NCBI GenBank assembly: GCA_051294375.1
Contig: CM119265.1
Coordinates: 62,169-126,000 of the forward strand
Origin: Paraspadella gotoi
Lineage: Eukaryota > Animalia > Chaetognatha
Length of the DNA stretch: 63,832 nucleotides
Direction of reading: 5' to 3'
How positions within the stretch are numbered: position 1 is the stretch's first letter; each line of letters opens with the position of its first letter. This document shows positions 10,118 to 22,784 of the stretch, one piece after another. Below the pieces are notes generated by a model. It had not been told where the DNA came from and ran no database searches. It saw nothing but the letters and a program-made list of their open reading frames with translations. The position numbers and the translations under genes are program-made.

Positions 10118-13100
10118 TGACGCGGGCGACGTTGACTACTTCTCGTCCTTTGCTTGGGATTTCGATGGTAAAGTTTAATCCGTTGCGATTTATAACCCGG
10201 TAGGGCCCTTCGTATGGAGGAACTAAGGGAGGATGAACTCCAGCTCTTCTGACGAAGACGTGTTGTGCAGTTTCGAGATTACTCGGTAGGTGAACATTAG
10301 GCTGATGATGAGCGGATGTCGGAGTTGGTTGAAGGCGAGCGATTTCTACTCTTAGATTCGCCAATTGAGTTCGACGTCGGCGCTGTAGTGCTTCATCGTC
10401 GACTTGTGTGTTATCTACTATGCATCCGGGCACACTTATTCCTTCACCGAAAACCATATCGGCGGCTGAGGCGCCGATATCCTCTTTTATCGTTGTTCTG
10501 ATGGCTAACAAAGTCATTGGGAGTTTCCAGAACCATTTTTCCCTGTTCTCCTTAGCGAGGGCCATTAACGATTCTTTTAAGCGCCTATGAAAGCGCTCAA
10601 CTAGGCCGTTCGCTTGAGGGTGGTACGCAGTAGTGGTCTGGTGTTTGATTCCCCATTGTTTTAGTAATTGTCGCCACAACGCTGAGTTAAACTGCGTGCC
10701 TCTATCGGTTGTAATAATCGACGGTGTTCCAAATACGCTTATCCACTCTAGGCTTAATGCGTCTAGAATTGTCGACGTTAGCGTATTACAGATGGGGATG
10801 GCCGCTGGCCATCTGGAAAATCGATCTACTATCGTCAGTAGGTGAGTAAATCCATTCGAATTTGGCATTTTAACTAAGTCGAGGTTGATGTGCTGAAATC
10901 TTTTAGGCGGGATTTTAAATTCGCCTATTTCAGGAATTGTATGTCTCGTAATCTTAGCTCTTTGGCAGTCGAGGCAGTCTCTAGCCCATCTGGAAATATC
11001 TTGTTTCATGTTTGTCCAGACGAATTTAGAAGTAATGGCCTTGCGCGTAGCCTCGACGCCTGGATGGCCGAGTCCATGAATGATATCGAAGACCTTTCGC
11101 CGCCATGATGCTGGGACAAAAGGTCGAGCAGGTCCGTTCGAAATATCCGCCAAGAGGTCTCGTTCACCTATTTTAATTTTCCTAAACGTAAGTCCCGTTC
11201 GGGCATCCTCCGCTATCTTTTGATAGTCTGGGTCCAACGTTTGCTCACAGGCCATCTGCTCAAAGTCAATTTCGTAGTTTGTCATCGAGGCGATCATAGC
11301 CCGTGCATCCTCGAGGCGATTCGCTTTTATTTGGCGATCGGTTGAGTTATTTAGAGTTGTAGGGCCTAACGGGATCTCTGCCGTCGATGTTGATTCGAGC
11401 GATGGACTTGTTGGCGTCGTTGTCTTGACCTGGGATGACGTTGGTTGAACTGTGGTGACGGGAACTGTTGGCGTTGTCGCTGGTGCTGCTGCTGCCGCTG
11501 CTGCTGCCGCTGCTGCTGCCGCTGGCGCCGCTGCTGCTGTCGATTTTGTTTTCGACGCTGCTGCTGACGATTTCGATTGTTTTTCGGCCGTCAATGTCGC
11601 GGTTGACGCTGCTGGCGACGCTGCTGCTGACGCTGTTGCTGTCGCTGCTGCTGTCGCCGCTGCTGTCGTCGATGCTGCGGGTTTTTCTGATGTCGAAGAG
11701 CTCGTCGTCGCGTTCGGTCGTGAGAGAGCGTCGGCGACGACGTTAGCCTTTCCTTTTAGATAACGGATATCTGTTGTAAATTCGGCTATAACCGATAGTT
11801 GGTAGGCCTGGCGGACCGTTTGTGGCTCCGCTTTCTTTTTGATGGCTGATACCAGGCTCTGATGATCCGTGTATATTGTAAAGGAGCGACCTTCGACCCA
11901 GTGCCTGAAGTGCCTCACTGCCTTGAAAGCTCCAAAAAGTTCCTTATCGAATGGAGGCCACAACTTCTGATTTTTGGCGAGCTTGGTCGAAAAAAATGCC
12001 AGAGGCTCCCATCCCTTAGGTCCTCGTTGTTCCAGGACGGCTCCGACTGCCTGATCTGAGGCGTCGGTTGTAATGCAAAGTTGGGCGCCTGTCCTTGGGT
12101 GATGAAGAAGCGCGGCTTGGATCAGACCTTCTTTTATTGATTCGAACGCGCGTTCACAGTCTGATGTCCATTCGAGTGACTTGGGTTTACCACTAAGGGC
12201 TTCGTATAGCGCGGAGCATCGATGAGCTACTCTGGGAATGAAGCGTCGATAGTAGTTTATCATTCCCAGAAAGCGCTGAAGCTCTTTGATAGTGGTTGGC
12301 CTTGTAGTTTCGCGCAGCGTTTGCACTCGCTCGGGTAGAGGTCTCACCCCGTTTTTATCTACTAAGAATCCCAGAAACTCCAGCGACTCTTGACCCAGCA
12401 GGCATTTTTTAGTGTTGACCACTAAGCCGTTAGCATCCAGAGCCCTGAAAACGTTTTCGAGATCCTTGAGATGTTCCTCTGGAGTTGACGATGCAACCAG
12501 GATGTCGTCCAGGTAAACGAAGGTGTGTGGAATGTCCCCGAGTATTTGGTCCATAAGACGCTGGAAATCTTGTCCTGCGTTCTTAAGACCAAAGGGACAT
12601 CGGGGAAAAACGTACAAGCCGAATGGTGTTATGACTGCCGTTTTTTTTACATCCTCTGGGTTGACCGGGATTTGATGATAGCCTTTTAATAGGTCTATCT
12701 TTGAGAAGATGGTCTTCCCCTCTAATTGCGCGTTGAAATCCGTTAATAGCTTAACAGGATACTTGTCGTCAATTGTTTGTGAGTTGAGGCGCCGGTAGTC
12801 GCCACAACAGCGCCACCCACCATCCGGTTTAGAGACGACGTGGAGCGGAGACGACCATTCTGACTTGCCTCGTTGAGCAATGCCTAGGGAGACCATTTTC
12901 TCCAACTCTTTTTTCGCTACTGCCAATTTCTCTGCGTCAAGTCTGCGAGCTCTGGACTGACAAGGCCTGCCCTCCGTCGGGATGGAGTGCGTGACTCCAT
13001 GTTTCGGTTCCTTTAGTTCGAAGGTAGGCGTTGACAAAGAAGGAAAAGAGTCCAATAGTTTATAATACTTCTCGCCCTGGCGGTCAACGAAATTTACGTG

Positions 13101-13511
13101 GGCGGTCGTTTCAGATGCAGTTGACGCTGTTGACGCTGCTATGGTGGAGTAGTCTTTTAAGTCGAGTAAAAGTCCATCCCTATGATTTGGCGCTAAGAAA
13201 TTTTCGGCCAGAAAATCAGCTCCCAATATATGTTGCTTGACTTCTGCTATGACGAATTCGTAGCTGAATTTCCGGTTTCCAAGCTGTACATCTCTCTCGA
13301 TCGTTCCGTAGCAAGCGATTGGCGATCCATTCGCCGCCTGAAGTTTTACTTCTGGGTCTGGACCGCGTTGACGCTGTTCTTTTGTTGGCGGGACGATTGA
13401 GAGGAGGGCGCCGCCGTCTACCAACCACTTCGTTCTGTCTCCTGCGTCACGAATGTAGAGTAGATCTGATGGCGACGGTGATGACCTTGAAGCTTGGGGG
13501 ACGGCGTTCAC
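10118..13511 (-). CDS. pol: Pol of B1
   Basis: LVDGGA, YLDD, TTDAS, HGLGH..CLDC, TDRG, NGLVER, YEGPY; Ala/Thr-rich linker between RNase H and IN. Confidence 0.95.
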
Positions 13512-14602
13512 CGACGGCGCCCCCCTCTCCCGTTTCCCTCTTTTTTTCGCTGAGTCTCGTCGAATTTGGAGCAGCCTGGCTCACAAGACCAGGCCTCGTC
13601 TCCAAACTTAACGTGCTTGTGACATAGAGTAAGTAGCTTGGGTTTAGCTTTGCCTTTGGAATTTTGGCCTTGATTCCTTTTCTTTCTGGCGTTGAAATTT
13701 TTCTGCTTACTGGCGCCTATGGCGTTGACGGCGTCTTCGTCGGAGGATGAAGTAGATTCTTGGCGTCCTCGACGGCTTGTTCCGATGTTGCTGATCAGGG
13801 CTGAGCTGGACTTTATTTTGACATTCCCCTCGTTGTCAAAATGACGATCGGCGATTTCGCATAATTTGCTCGCTGAAAGGTCATCTGCCTTGTCCTCGAG
13901 TTGACGACGAATTTCGGCAGGCAGCTCCCTGAGTATCTTCTCTTTGCGAATATCGTCTAGCGTTACCGTTCTGGTCTTTTCTTCCAGTTGCGCGAGGAGT
14001 TTCGACGGCTTCATTCCGTCGGCGTCGATGGCGTCGATCATGTTGACGGCCTGCTGGCGCCGCGTGAGGCCATACTCGCGTCGAAGGTAATCGAGGAAAT
14101 TCTGCCAAGATTGCTCTGAGGTTTCACCATACAAAAATTGATTGATTTTTGGGTCGACGTTGACGCCTATTTTGGATTCAAGATGTGCGAATTTTGACTT
14201 GGGCGCCGAGATGCCGGCGCGAGTATACGAAGCCTCTACTCGCTTTATCCAAATTTCTATATTTGTAGTGTCAAAGTCAGGAAGATCGGGTTTCCTGTTT
14301 GATGCTCTTTCGAGGGCCCTGGTGGCGGCGGCGAGGGCGGCGCGAAGTTCGTCATTCTCATCGCGGAGATTGTCTCTAGAAGCACTGCCGCCGGTGGCCA
14401 TGTCGGCGTCCTCGAAATTTTCGCCGCCTGTTCTCCGGAAGTCGAATTCTGGGGCGGCGTCGGCGAAGACAGGTGACGTTGAACGCGATCGGGCGCCGCG
14501 TCCAAAGCCAATGGGGATCTGGAGAGTCGTGGGCGGATCTCGCTGGTCCTCAGCGGCGCGCTGGGCGGAGCGGAGGCGTGAGCGGAGATCTGGGTCGCTC
14601 AT
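13508..14602 (-). CDS. gag: Gag of B1 (364 aa)
   Basis: LPDFDTTNIEIWIKR; CHKHVKFGDEAWSCEPGC CHCC motif. Confidence 0.93.
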   Translation of the reverse strand: MSDPDLRSRLRSAQRAAEDQRDPPTTLQIPIGFGRGARSRSTSPVFADAAPEFDFRRTGGENFEDADMATGGSASRDNLRDENDELRAALAAATRALERASNRKPDLPDFDTTNIEIWIKRVEASYTRAGISAPKSKFAHLESKIGVNVDPKINQFLYGETSEQSWQNFLDYLRREYGLTRRQQAVNMIDAIDADGMKPSKLLAQLEEKTRTVTLDDIRKEKILRELPAEIRRQLEDKADDLSASKLCEIADRHFDNEGNVKIKSSSALISNIGTSRRGRQESTSSSDEDAVNAIGASKQKNFNARKKRNQGQNSKGKAKPKLLTLCHKHVKFGDEAWSCEPGCSKFDETQRKKEGNGRGGRRR

Positions 14603-14811
14603 TTGCGTTGACGTCCTACTTGTATCGCCGTTGGTAGCGTTGTTGACTCCAATTTTTCGTTAATCCGAAAAGAAAGGGAGAGAGGGTGTCAGCGGATGGG
14701 TGGATCGCTTAAATACCCTTTAATTTCACCCAGTCCTACCTGAGGAAGTGGTTGAATTCGTCGTCTCCCGATCTAGAAGGTTGGTCTTGTTCTGCGTCGG
14801 TTTTCACCAAG

Positions 14812-15436
14812 TGTGGCGGGACTCCGAGTGGCGTTGATACGCTACGAGATGGCGCGCCAACTGAGTGGGTCAGTTCTAAGGTAGCGCAGCGAGTTTGATT
14901 AATAACGAGGTAGCGTAGCGCAGGGAAAGTGAAACACGTTTATAATCGAAGTCGTTTTGTTTATTTGTTTTTTATCGATGAGTAGAGATTAATTGATTCG
15001 ACGTTAATAATTAATTATTTAAAGTAGACATTAATTAATCGAGGATAAAAACATTTCTCATATTATCAATGTACTTCATTACATTTGTGAGAAGAAGAAA
15101 AACGATTTGATGAAAGTTTGTGACATGAATTTATTTATTCAAAAGTTGAGACAAGACTGATTTTATCAGATTTGAATTTCATAAAGAAAACAGTTAGAAA
15201 ACAATTGTTTTGTTGGCGGTAAAACCCCTACTGTTTTGTTAAAGAAATCAAAGGAAAACAAAAGGCATCGATTATGTTTTTAAAGCTTTAAAAGTCGAAA
15301 TTGAAACTGGGATTTGCAAGCCGCCTGGTTGGCTGAAAGCTGAGGCTCGACGCTCGCCAGACCCTGAGTCGATGGTTCGAATCCCGGTTGGATTGAGTTA
15401 TTTCTGATTTAGATCTATCTCACTCAGGTGGCCGCA
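14812..15436 (-). repeat. family B LTR shared between B2 (as 3' LTR) and B1 (as 5' LTR)
   Basis: in element orientation TGCGGCC...GCCACA, preceded by a G-run PPT (about 15437-15446) and followed by PBS TGGTGAAAACCGACG; B box GGTTCGAATCCC at 15374-15385. Confidence 0.85.
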
Positions 15437-15539
15437 TCCCCCCCTGTCGTAATATAAGGTATTAACATATTACTACAAAATTGTTGTCGTCCATTCTGAG
15501 TGTTTGAAAGTATGATGAAGAATTAAAATCAATATATTA

Positions 15540-16836
15540 TTCCTTTCCTTTTAGATAACGGATATCTGTTGTAAAAATCGCTATAACCGATAGTTGGTAG
15601 GCCTGGCGGACGTTTGTGCTCCGCTTTCTTTTCTGATGGCTTGATACCAGGCTCTGATGATCCGTGTATATTGTAAGGAGCGACCTTCGACCCAGTGCTG
15701 AGTGCCTCACTTCCTTGAAAGCTCCAAAAAATTCCTTAATCGAATGGAGGCCACAACTTCTGATTTTTGGCGAGCTTGGTCGAAAAAATGCCAGAGGCTC
15801 CCATTCCCTTAGGTCCTCGTTGTTCAGGACGGCTCCTGACTGCTGATCTGAGGCGTCGGTTGTAATGCAAAGTTGGGCGCTGTCCTTGGGTGATGAAGAA
15901 GCGCGGCTTGGATCAGACCTTCTTTTATTGATTCGAACGCCGTTCACATCCTGATGTCCATCTCGAGTGACTTGGGTTTACCACTAAGGCTTCTTATAGC
16001 GCGGAGCATCGATGAGCTACTCTGGGAATGAAGCGTCGATAGTAGTTTATCATTCCCAAGAAAGCGCTGAAGCTTTTGATAGTGGTTGGCCTTGTAGTTT
16101 CGCGCAGCGTTGACAGTCGCTCGAGTAGCAGGTCTCACCCCGCTTTTTATCTACTATAGAATCCAGAAACTCCACGACTCTTGACCCAGCAGGCATTTTT
16201 TAGTGTTGACCACTAAGGCGTCTAGCATCAGAGCCTGAAAACGTTTCGAGATTCTCTGATATTTCCTCTGATTGACGATGCAACCATGATGTCTCCCACG
16301 GTAACGAAGGGTGTGAGCATGTCCTCCGAGATTTGGTCCATATAAGACGCTGGAAATCTTGTTCTGCCGTTCTTAAGACCAAAAGGGACATCGGGGATAA
16401 AACTCTACAAGCCTGAATGGTGTATGACGCGCGTTTTTTTTACATCCTCTTGGTTACCGGATTTCGATGAAGCCTTTAAAAGGGTCTATCTTGAGAAGAT
16501 GTCGTTCCCTTCTCAGATTGGCCGTCGTTGAAACTCTGTTCAATAGCTTAAACAGAGATACTTGTCTGTCAATTGTTTGTGAGTTGAGGCGCCTGGTATC
16601 GCCACAACAGCGCCACCCACCATCCGAGTTGAGACGACGGGATGGGCGAGACGACCATTCTGACTTGCCTCGTTGAGCAATGCCTAGGGAGACCATTTTT
16701 CTCCAACTCTTTTTTCGCTACTTGCAATTTCTTGCTCAAGTCTGCGAGCTCTGGACTGACAAGGCCTGCCCTACCGTCGGGAATAGAGTGCGTGACTCCA
16801 TGTTTCGTTCCTTTAGTTCGAAGGTGGGCTGTTGAC
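15540..16836 (-). other. indel-rich duplicate of the B1 RT/RNase H region interrupting the B2 3' UTR; likely assembly artefact
   Basis: follows about 11750-13035 with many single-base indels. Confidence 0.75.
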
Positions 16837-17021
16837 ATCCATTTCTTTCGCTTCCATAACAATCGAAAAATATCCATAACATTCACAAAAATCGAAAAAT
16901 TACTAAAATTCGTTAAAATTCAATAAAATACTACTAATCTTCTTGGGTAATTGATACATTGGCAGCCGAGGCCGACGGGAGAAGACCGAGGATGCCGGGA
17001 AGAAGATGCTTCGGCTGCCAA

Positions 17022-20000
17022 TTAGGCCGGTAGAAGGGTTTTGTTATTTTTTGTCAATTTGTTGTTGTTGTTGTTTTGTGTTTTTTGTCTGAGAAGCATC
17101 TCCCTTAGTACAACGGCATATGTTGGACGGTTTCGGCCTGGTAACTTGTTTGAGAAGTCGCCTGGTGATGGTTTAGAAAATCTCTCCGTCGTTGGCTCAT
17201 TTTCTTTATTTTTCCCCTTGTTGTTGTTGTTATCCTCGCCTTCGCTTCGTCTCGGTGGACTCGTCTCACGTGGAAGCTGGGAGGAAGGGGAAGATGGGAG
17301 CAAAAAGCGTTGAGAAGGCATGGGTGGGTTGGGGGGAAGGTGGGGCAGTTGGGGAGGGGACAGAGAAGGAGGAGGAGGAGGAGGAGGAGGAGGAGGAGGA
17401 GGAGGAGTGATCGGTTCCGGTGAAGCTGCACGTTGATTCGATGATCGAGTGACTCGAGTCGAAGTTGCTGCTCTTCTCGTCCTCAGGCCCGGCTGGCGGC
17501 CCGGTTGACGTCGCTGAGGATGTCCGGCTTCGACCTCCAACGCCTCGTCGCTCGTCCACGCCGGTTTGACGCGGGCGACGTTGACTACTTCTCGTCCTTT
17601 GCTTGGAATTTCAATAGTAAAGTTTAATCCGTTGCGATTTATGACCCTGTAGGGTCCTTCATAGGGAGGAACTAATGGAGGATGAACTCCAGCTCTTCGG
17701 ATGAAGACGTGTTGCGCAGTTTCGAGGTTGCTTGGTAAGTGAATATTCGTTTGATGGTGTGCGGATGTCGGAGTTGGTTGAAGGCGAGCGGATTCGCCAA
17801 TTGAGTTCAGACGTCGCCGCTGTAAGTGCTTCAGATCGTCGATTTGGTTATTACTATTGATGCCATCCGGTGCACCACTGTATATCTTCCTCAGGCAGAA
17901 ACATTAGCGGAGGCGGCTGAGCGCAACCGATATCCTCTTTTATCGTTGTTCTGTGGCTAACAAAGTCATTGGGAGTTTCCAGAACCATTTTTCTCTGTTC
18001 TCTCTGGCGAGGGCCATTAGCGATTCTTTTAAGCGCCTATGAAAACGCTCTACTAGGCCATTCGCCTGAGGGTGGTACGCAGTTGTGGTCTGATGTTTAA
18101 TTCCCCATTGTTTTAATAATTGTCGCCACAACGCTGAGTTAAACTGCGTTCCCCTATCGGTCGTGATAATCGCAGGTGTTCCAAATACGCTTATCCATTC
18201 TAGGCTAAGAGCGTCTAAAATCGTCGACGTTAGCGTATTGCAGATGGGGATGGCCGCTGGCCATCTGGAGAATCGATCTACTATGGTTAGTAGGTGAGTA
18301 AATCCATTCGAATTTGGCATCTTCACTAAGTCGAGATTGATATGCTGAAATCTTTTAGGCGGGATCTTAAATTCGCCTATTTCTGGTATCGTATGTCTCG
18401 TGATCTTAGCTCTCTGGCAATCGAGGCAATCTCTAGTCCATCTGGCGATATCTTGTTTCATGTTTGTCCAGACGAATTTAGAGGTGATGGCCTTGCGAGT
18501 AGCCTCGACGCCTGGATGGCCGAGTCCATGGATAATGTCGAAGACCCTTCGTCGCCAAGACGTTGGCACAAAAGGTCGAGCAGGTCCGTTCGAAATATCC
18601 GCTAACAGGTCCCGGTCGCCTACTTTGATTTTTCGAAACGTAAGCCCCGTTCGGGCGTCCTCCGCTATCTTTTGATAGTCCGGGTCCAACGATTGTTCAC
18701 ACGCCATCTGTTCGAAGTCGATTTCATAGCTAGTCATCGAGGCGATCATAGCCCGCGCATCCTCGAGTCGATTCGCTTTTATTTGACGATCGGTCGAGTT
18801 ATTTAGAGTTGTAAGTCCTAACGGGATCTCTGCCGTCGATGCTGATTCGACTGATGAAGTTTTAGGCGTCGTCGTTGTCGATTGGGATGACGTTTGTTGA
18901 ATAGTAGTGACGGGAGCTGCTGCCGCTGTCGCTGCCGCTGCTGCTGGCGCTGACGCTGCCGCTGCTGCTGCTGCTGACGCTGCTGCTGCTGCCGATATTG
19001 TTTTTGACGCTGCTGATGGCGATTTCGATTGTTTCTCTGTCGTGAGAGTCGCTGTCGACGCTGCTGCTGACGCTGCTGCCGATGCTGCTGCTGTCGATGC
19101 TGCTGCTGTCGATTCTGCGGGTTTTTCTGCTGTCGAGGAGCTCGTCGTCGCGTTTGGCCGAGAGAGGGCGTCGGCGACGACGTTCGCTTTACCCTTCAAA
19201 TACCGGATATCCGTCGTAAATTCGGCTATAACCGAGAGTTGGTAAGCTTGGCGACTGTTTGTGGTTCCGCTTTTTTTGTGGCTGATACCAAACTTGATGT
19301 CCGTGTTAAGTAAAAGGAGCGGCCCTCGACCCCAATGCCTGAAATCGCCTCACTGCCTTGAAGCTCCAAAAGCTCTTATCGAATGCGAGCTTGGTCGAAA
19401 AAAATGCCAGAGGCTCCCAACCTTTTGGCCCACGTTGTTCCAGGACGGCTCCGACCGCCTGATCGGAGGCGTCGGTCGTGATACACAGTTGGGCGCCTGT
19501 TCTTGGATGATGCAGAAGCGCGGCTTGAATCAGGCCCTCTTTTATCGATTCGAACGCGCGTTCACAGTCTGGTGTCCATTCGAGTGACTTAGGCTTACCG
19601 CTAAGGGCTTCGTATAGCGCGGAGCATCGATGAGCTACTCTGGGAATGAAGCGTCGATAGTAGTTTATCATTCCCAGAAAGCGCTGAAGCTCCTTGATAG
19701 TGGTTGGCCTTGTAGTTTCGCGCAGCGTTTGCACTCGCTCGGGTAGAGGTCTCACTCCGTTTTTATCGACTAAGAATCCCAAAAACTCCAGGGATTCTTG
19801 ACCCAGCAGGCATTTTTTAGTGTTGACCACTAAGCCGTTAGCATCAAGAGCTCTGAAGACGTTTTCGAGATCCTTGAGGTGTTCCTCTGGAGTTGACGAT
19901 GCGACCAGAATGTCGTCCAGGTAAACGAAGGTGTGTGGAATGTCCCCGAGTATTTGGTCCATCAAACGCTGGAAATCTTGTCCTGCGTTCTTAAGACCAA

Positions 20001-20919
20001 AGGGACATCGGGGAAAAACATACAAGCCAAATGGCGTTATGACTGCAGTCTTTTTTACATCCTCTGGGTTGACCGGGATCTGGTGATAGCCTTTTAAGAG
20101 GTCTATCTTTGAGAAGATGGTCTTCCCCTCTAATTGCGCGTTGAAATCTGTTAATAATTTAACAGGATATTTGTCGTCTATGGTCTGTGAGTTGAGGCGC
20201 CGGTAGTCGCCACAACAGCGCCACCCACCATCCGGTTTAGAGACGACATGAAGCGGAGACGACCATTCTGACTTGCCTCGTTGAGCTATGCCTAGAGAAA
20301 CCATTTTCTCTAACTCTTTTTTCGCTACTGCCAATTTCTCTGCGTCAAGTCTGCGGGCTCTGGACTGGCAAGGCCTCCCTTCCGTCGGAATGGAGTGCGT
20401 GACTCCATGTTTCGGTTCCTTTAGTTCGAAAGTGGGCGTTGACAAAGAGGGAAAAGAGTCCAGTAGCTTATAATACTTTTCGCCTTGGCGATCAACGAAA
20501 TTTACATGGGCGGTCGATTCTGATGCGGTTGAGGCTGTTGACGCCGCTATGGTGGAGTAATCCTTTAAGTCGAGTAATAGTCCATCTCTATGATTTGGCG
20601 CTAAAAAGTTTTCGGCCAGAAAGTCGGCGCCTAATATGTGCTGCTTGACCTCTGCTATGACGAATTCGTAGCTGAATTTTCGGTTCCCAAGCTGTACTTC
20701 TCTCTCGATCGTTCCATAGCAAGCAATTGGCGATCCGTTCGCCGCCTGGAGTTTTACTTCCGGGTCTGGACCGCGTTGACGCTGCTCTTTTGTTGGCGGG
20801 ACGATTGAGAGGAGGGCGCCGCCGTCTACCAGCCACTTCGTTCTGTCTCCTGCATCACGAATGTAGAGTAGATCTGATGGCGCCGGTGATGACCTCGAAG
20901 CTTGGGGGACGGCGTTCAC
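17022..20919 (-). pseudogene. pol: Pol of B2 with frameshifts near 19260-19390 and 17790-17950
   Basis: ORFs 19306-20982, 17940-19199 and 17022-17540 are consecutive pol segments. Confidence 0.88.
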
Positions 20920-22010
20920 CGACGGCGCCCCCCTCTCCCGTTTCCCTCTTTTTTTCGCTGAGTCTCGTCGAACTTTGAGCACCCCGGCTCACAAGACCAC
21001 GCTTCTTCTCCGAATTTTACGTGTTTGTGGCACAGGGTGAGTAGCTTGGGCTTTGCTTTGCTTTTCGAGGTCTGACCTTGACTTTTTTTCTTTTTGGCGT
21101 TGAAGTTTCTTTGCCTGCTGGCGCCGATGGCGTTGACGGCGTCGTCGTCTGAGGATGAAGTGGATTCTCGACGTCCTCGACGGCTCATTTCGACGTTGCT
21201 AATAAACGCTGTGTTTGACTTTATTTTGACATTCCCTTCGTTGTCAAAATGTCGATCGGCGATTTCGCATAATTTGCTGGCTGACAAATCGTCTGCTTTG
21301 TCCTCGAGCTGGCGACGTATTTCTGTAGGCAGTTCTCTGAGTATTTTCTCTTTTCGAATATCATCTAATGTTACCGTTCTAGTCTTTTCTTCCAGTTGGG
21401 CGAGTAGTTTCGATGGTTTCATGCCGTCGGCGTCGATGGCGTCGATCATGTTGCTTGCCTGCTGGCGCCGCGTGAGACCATACTCGCGTCTAAGATATTC
21501 GAGGAATAATTGCCATGCCTGCTCTGAGGTCTCTCCATACAAAAATTGATTAATTTTTGGATCTACGTTGACGCCTATTTTGGATTCTAGGTGCGCGAAT
21601 TTCGACTTGGGCGCCGAGATGCCGGCGCGAGTGTACGAAGCCTCTACTCGCTTAATCCAAATTTCTATGTTGGTAGTGTCAAAATCGGGGAGATCAGGTT
21701 TTCTGTTTGATGCTCTTTCGAGGGCCCTGGTGGCGGCGGCGAGAGCGGCGCGAAGCTCATCATTCTCGTCGCGGAGATTGTCTCTAGGAGCGTCGCCGCC
21801 GGTGGCCATGTCGGCGTCCTCGAAATTCTCGTTGTCTATTCTCCGGAAATTAAATTCGGGGGCGGCGTCGGCGAAAACGGGTGACGTTGAGCGCGATCTG
21901 GCGCCGCGCCCAAAGCCCACGGGGACTTGGAGCGCTGCTGGTGGATCTCGCTGGTCCTCAGTGGCGCGCTGAGCGGATCGGAGGCGTGAGCGAAGGTCCT
22001 GATCGTTCAT
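20916..22010 (-). CDS. gag: Gag of B2 (364 aa)
   Basis: homologous to B1 Gag; CHCC motif. Confidence 0.93.
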   Translation of the reverse strand: MNDQDLRSRLRSAQRATEDQRDPPAALQVPVGFGRGARSRSTSPVFADAAPEFNFRRIDNENFEDADMATGGDAPRDNLRDENDELRAALAAATRALERASNRKPDLPDFDTTNIEIWIKRVEASYTRAGISAPKSKFAHLESKIGVNVDPKINQFLYGETSEQAWQLFLEYLRREYGLTRRQQASNMIDAIDADGMKPSKLLAQLEEKTRTVTLDDIRKEKILRELPTEIRRQLEDKADDLSASKLCEIADRHFDNEGNVKIKSNTAFISNVEMSRRGRRESTSSSDDDAVNAIGASRQRNFNAKKKKSQGQTSKSKAKPKLLTLCHKHVKFGEEAWSCEPGCSKFDETQRKKEGNGRGGRRR

Positions 22011-22246
22011 TTGCGCTGTCGTCTTACTTGTTTCGCCGTCGACGATGTTGTTGACTCCAGTGTTTCGTTATTCCGAAAAGAAAGAGAGAGAGAGGGTGTA
22101 AGCGGATGGGTGGATCGCTTTAATACCCTTTAATTTCACCCAGTCCTACCTGAGGAGGTGGTTGAATCCGTCTTCTCCCGTTCTAGAAGGTTGGTCTTGT
22201 TCTGCGTCGGTTTTCACCAAGNNNNNNNNNNNNNNNNNNNNNNNNN

Positions 22247-22784
22247 GAAACTTAGATGTCGTTTTCTCTCAAAAACAAAGGCAAATATTTTAGATAAAAC
22301 CGTTCGAAATATTTTTTTCCCCAATTTTATCTAGGGGGCGTATAGCCTTTGTACCAGGCACCAAAATAATTAAGTATTAATTATTATTAATTATTATTAA
22401 ATGAACCGACTATTTAGAATCGAACTACAAGTGGATATCACTTCGATATAAATTCCCTAATTAATTTATCTCTATAAATAAAGTGCCTTTAGTCGGATTT
22501 GAACCAGCGACCTAATGAGCCACGATCCGACGTCGTTTCCATTACGCCACTGGCACTGTTACCCAGAAATACCCAAAACGAGGAATAATCTTATTATCGA
22601 TATCTCTCTGATTATTCCTGATGTCCTTTTGTTTATCAAGTATTACCAAGCGGCCTTTATGCTTATTAATGAATCAAGATGCCCGACTTGGTAGCAGACG
22701 ATTATTATTAACGTTATGGCACACTTTTCGGTTCATAACCAATTACTGTTTTTACTCTCTCGGTGCCTGGTAATCACCTCTACA
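22247..22784 (+). mobile_element. 3' end of a family A element: UTR, PPT and 3' LTR (22341-22784)
   Basis: AGGGGGCG then TATAGCC...CTCTACA then GGGTTA; U5 end resembles the LTR stub at 38203-38242; antisense A/B-box module at 22484-22556. Confidence 0.85.

Larger units (their letters stand above)
10118..15436 (-). mobile_element. Ty3/Gypsy element, family B copy B1 (3' end lost in N gap)
   Basis: LTR 14812-15436, PBS 14794-14809, gag, uninterrupted pol up to the gap. Confidence 0.95.
16837..22221 (-). mobile_element. Ty3/Gypsy element, family B copy B2 (5' LTR in gap)
   Basis: PBS 22204-22219, gag, pol, 3' UTR; closely related to B1 but not identical. Confidence 0.93.

Noticed and set aside
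9801-10120. ORF overlap between A2 pol and B1 pol
   Set aside because: Produced by reading through the 100-N gap at 10018-10117.
10316-14663. Antisense ORFs opposite gag/pol throughout the window
   Set aside because: Shadow frames of GC-rich coding sequence with no independent motifs or conserved starts.
15540-16836. Nested insertions or decayed pseudogenes (also 31842-32590, 23834-26130)
   Set aside because: Differences from neighbouring copies are mostly single-base indels like unpolished long-read error; the first two have no LTR ends or TSD.
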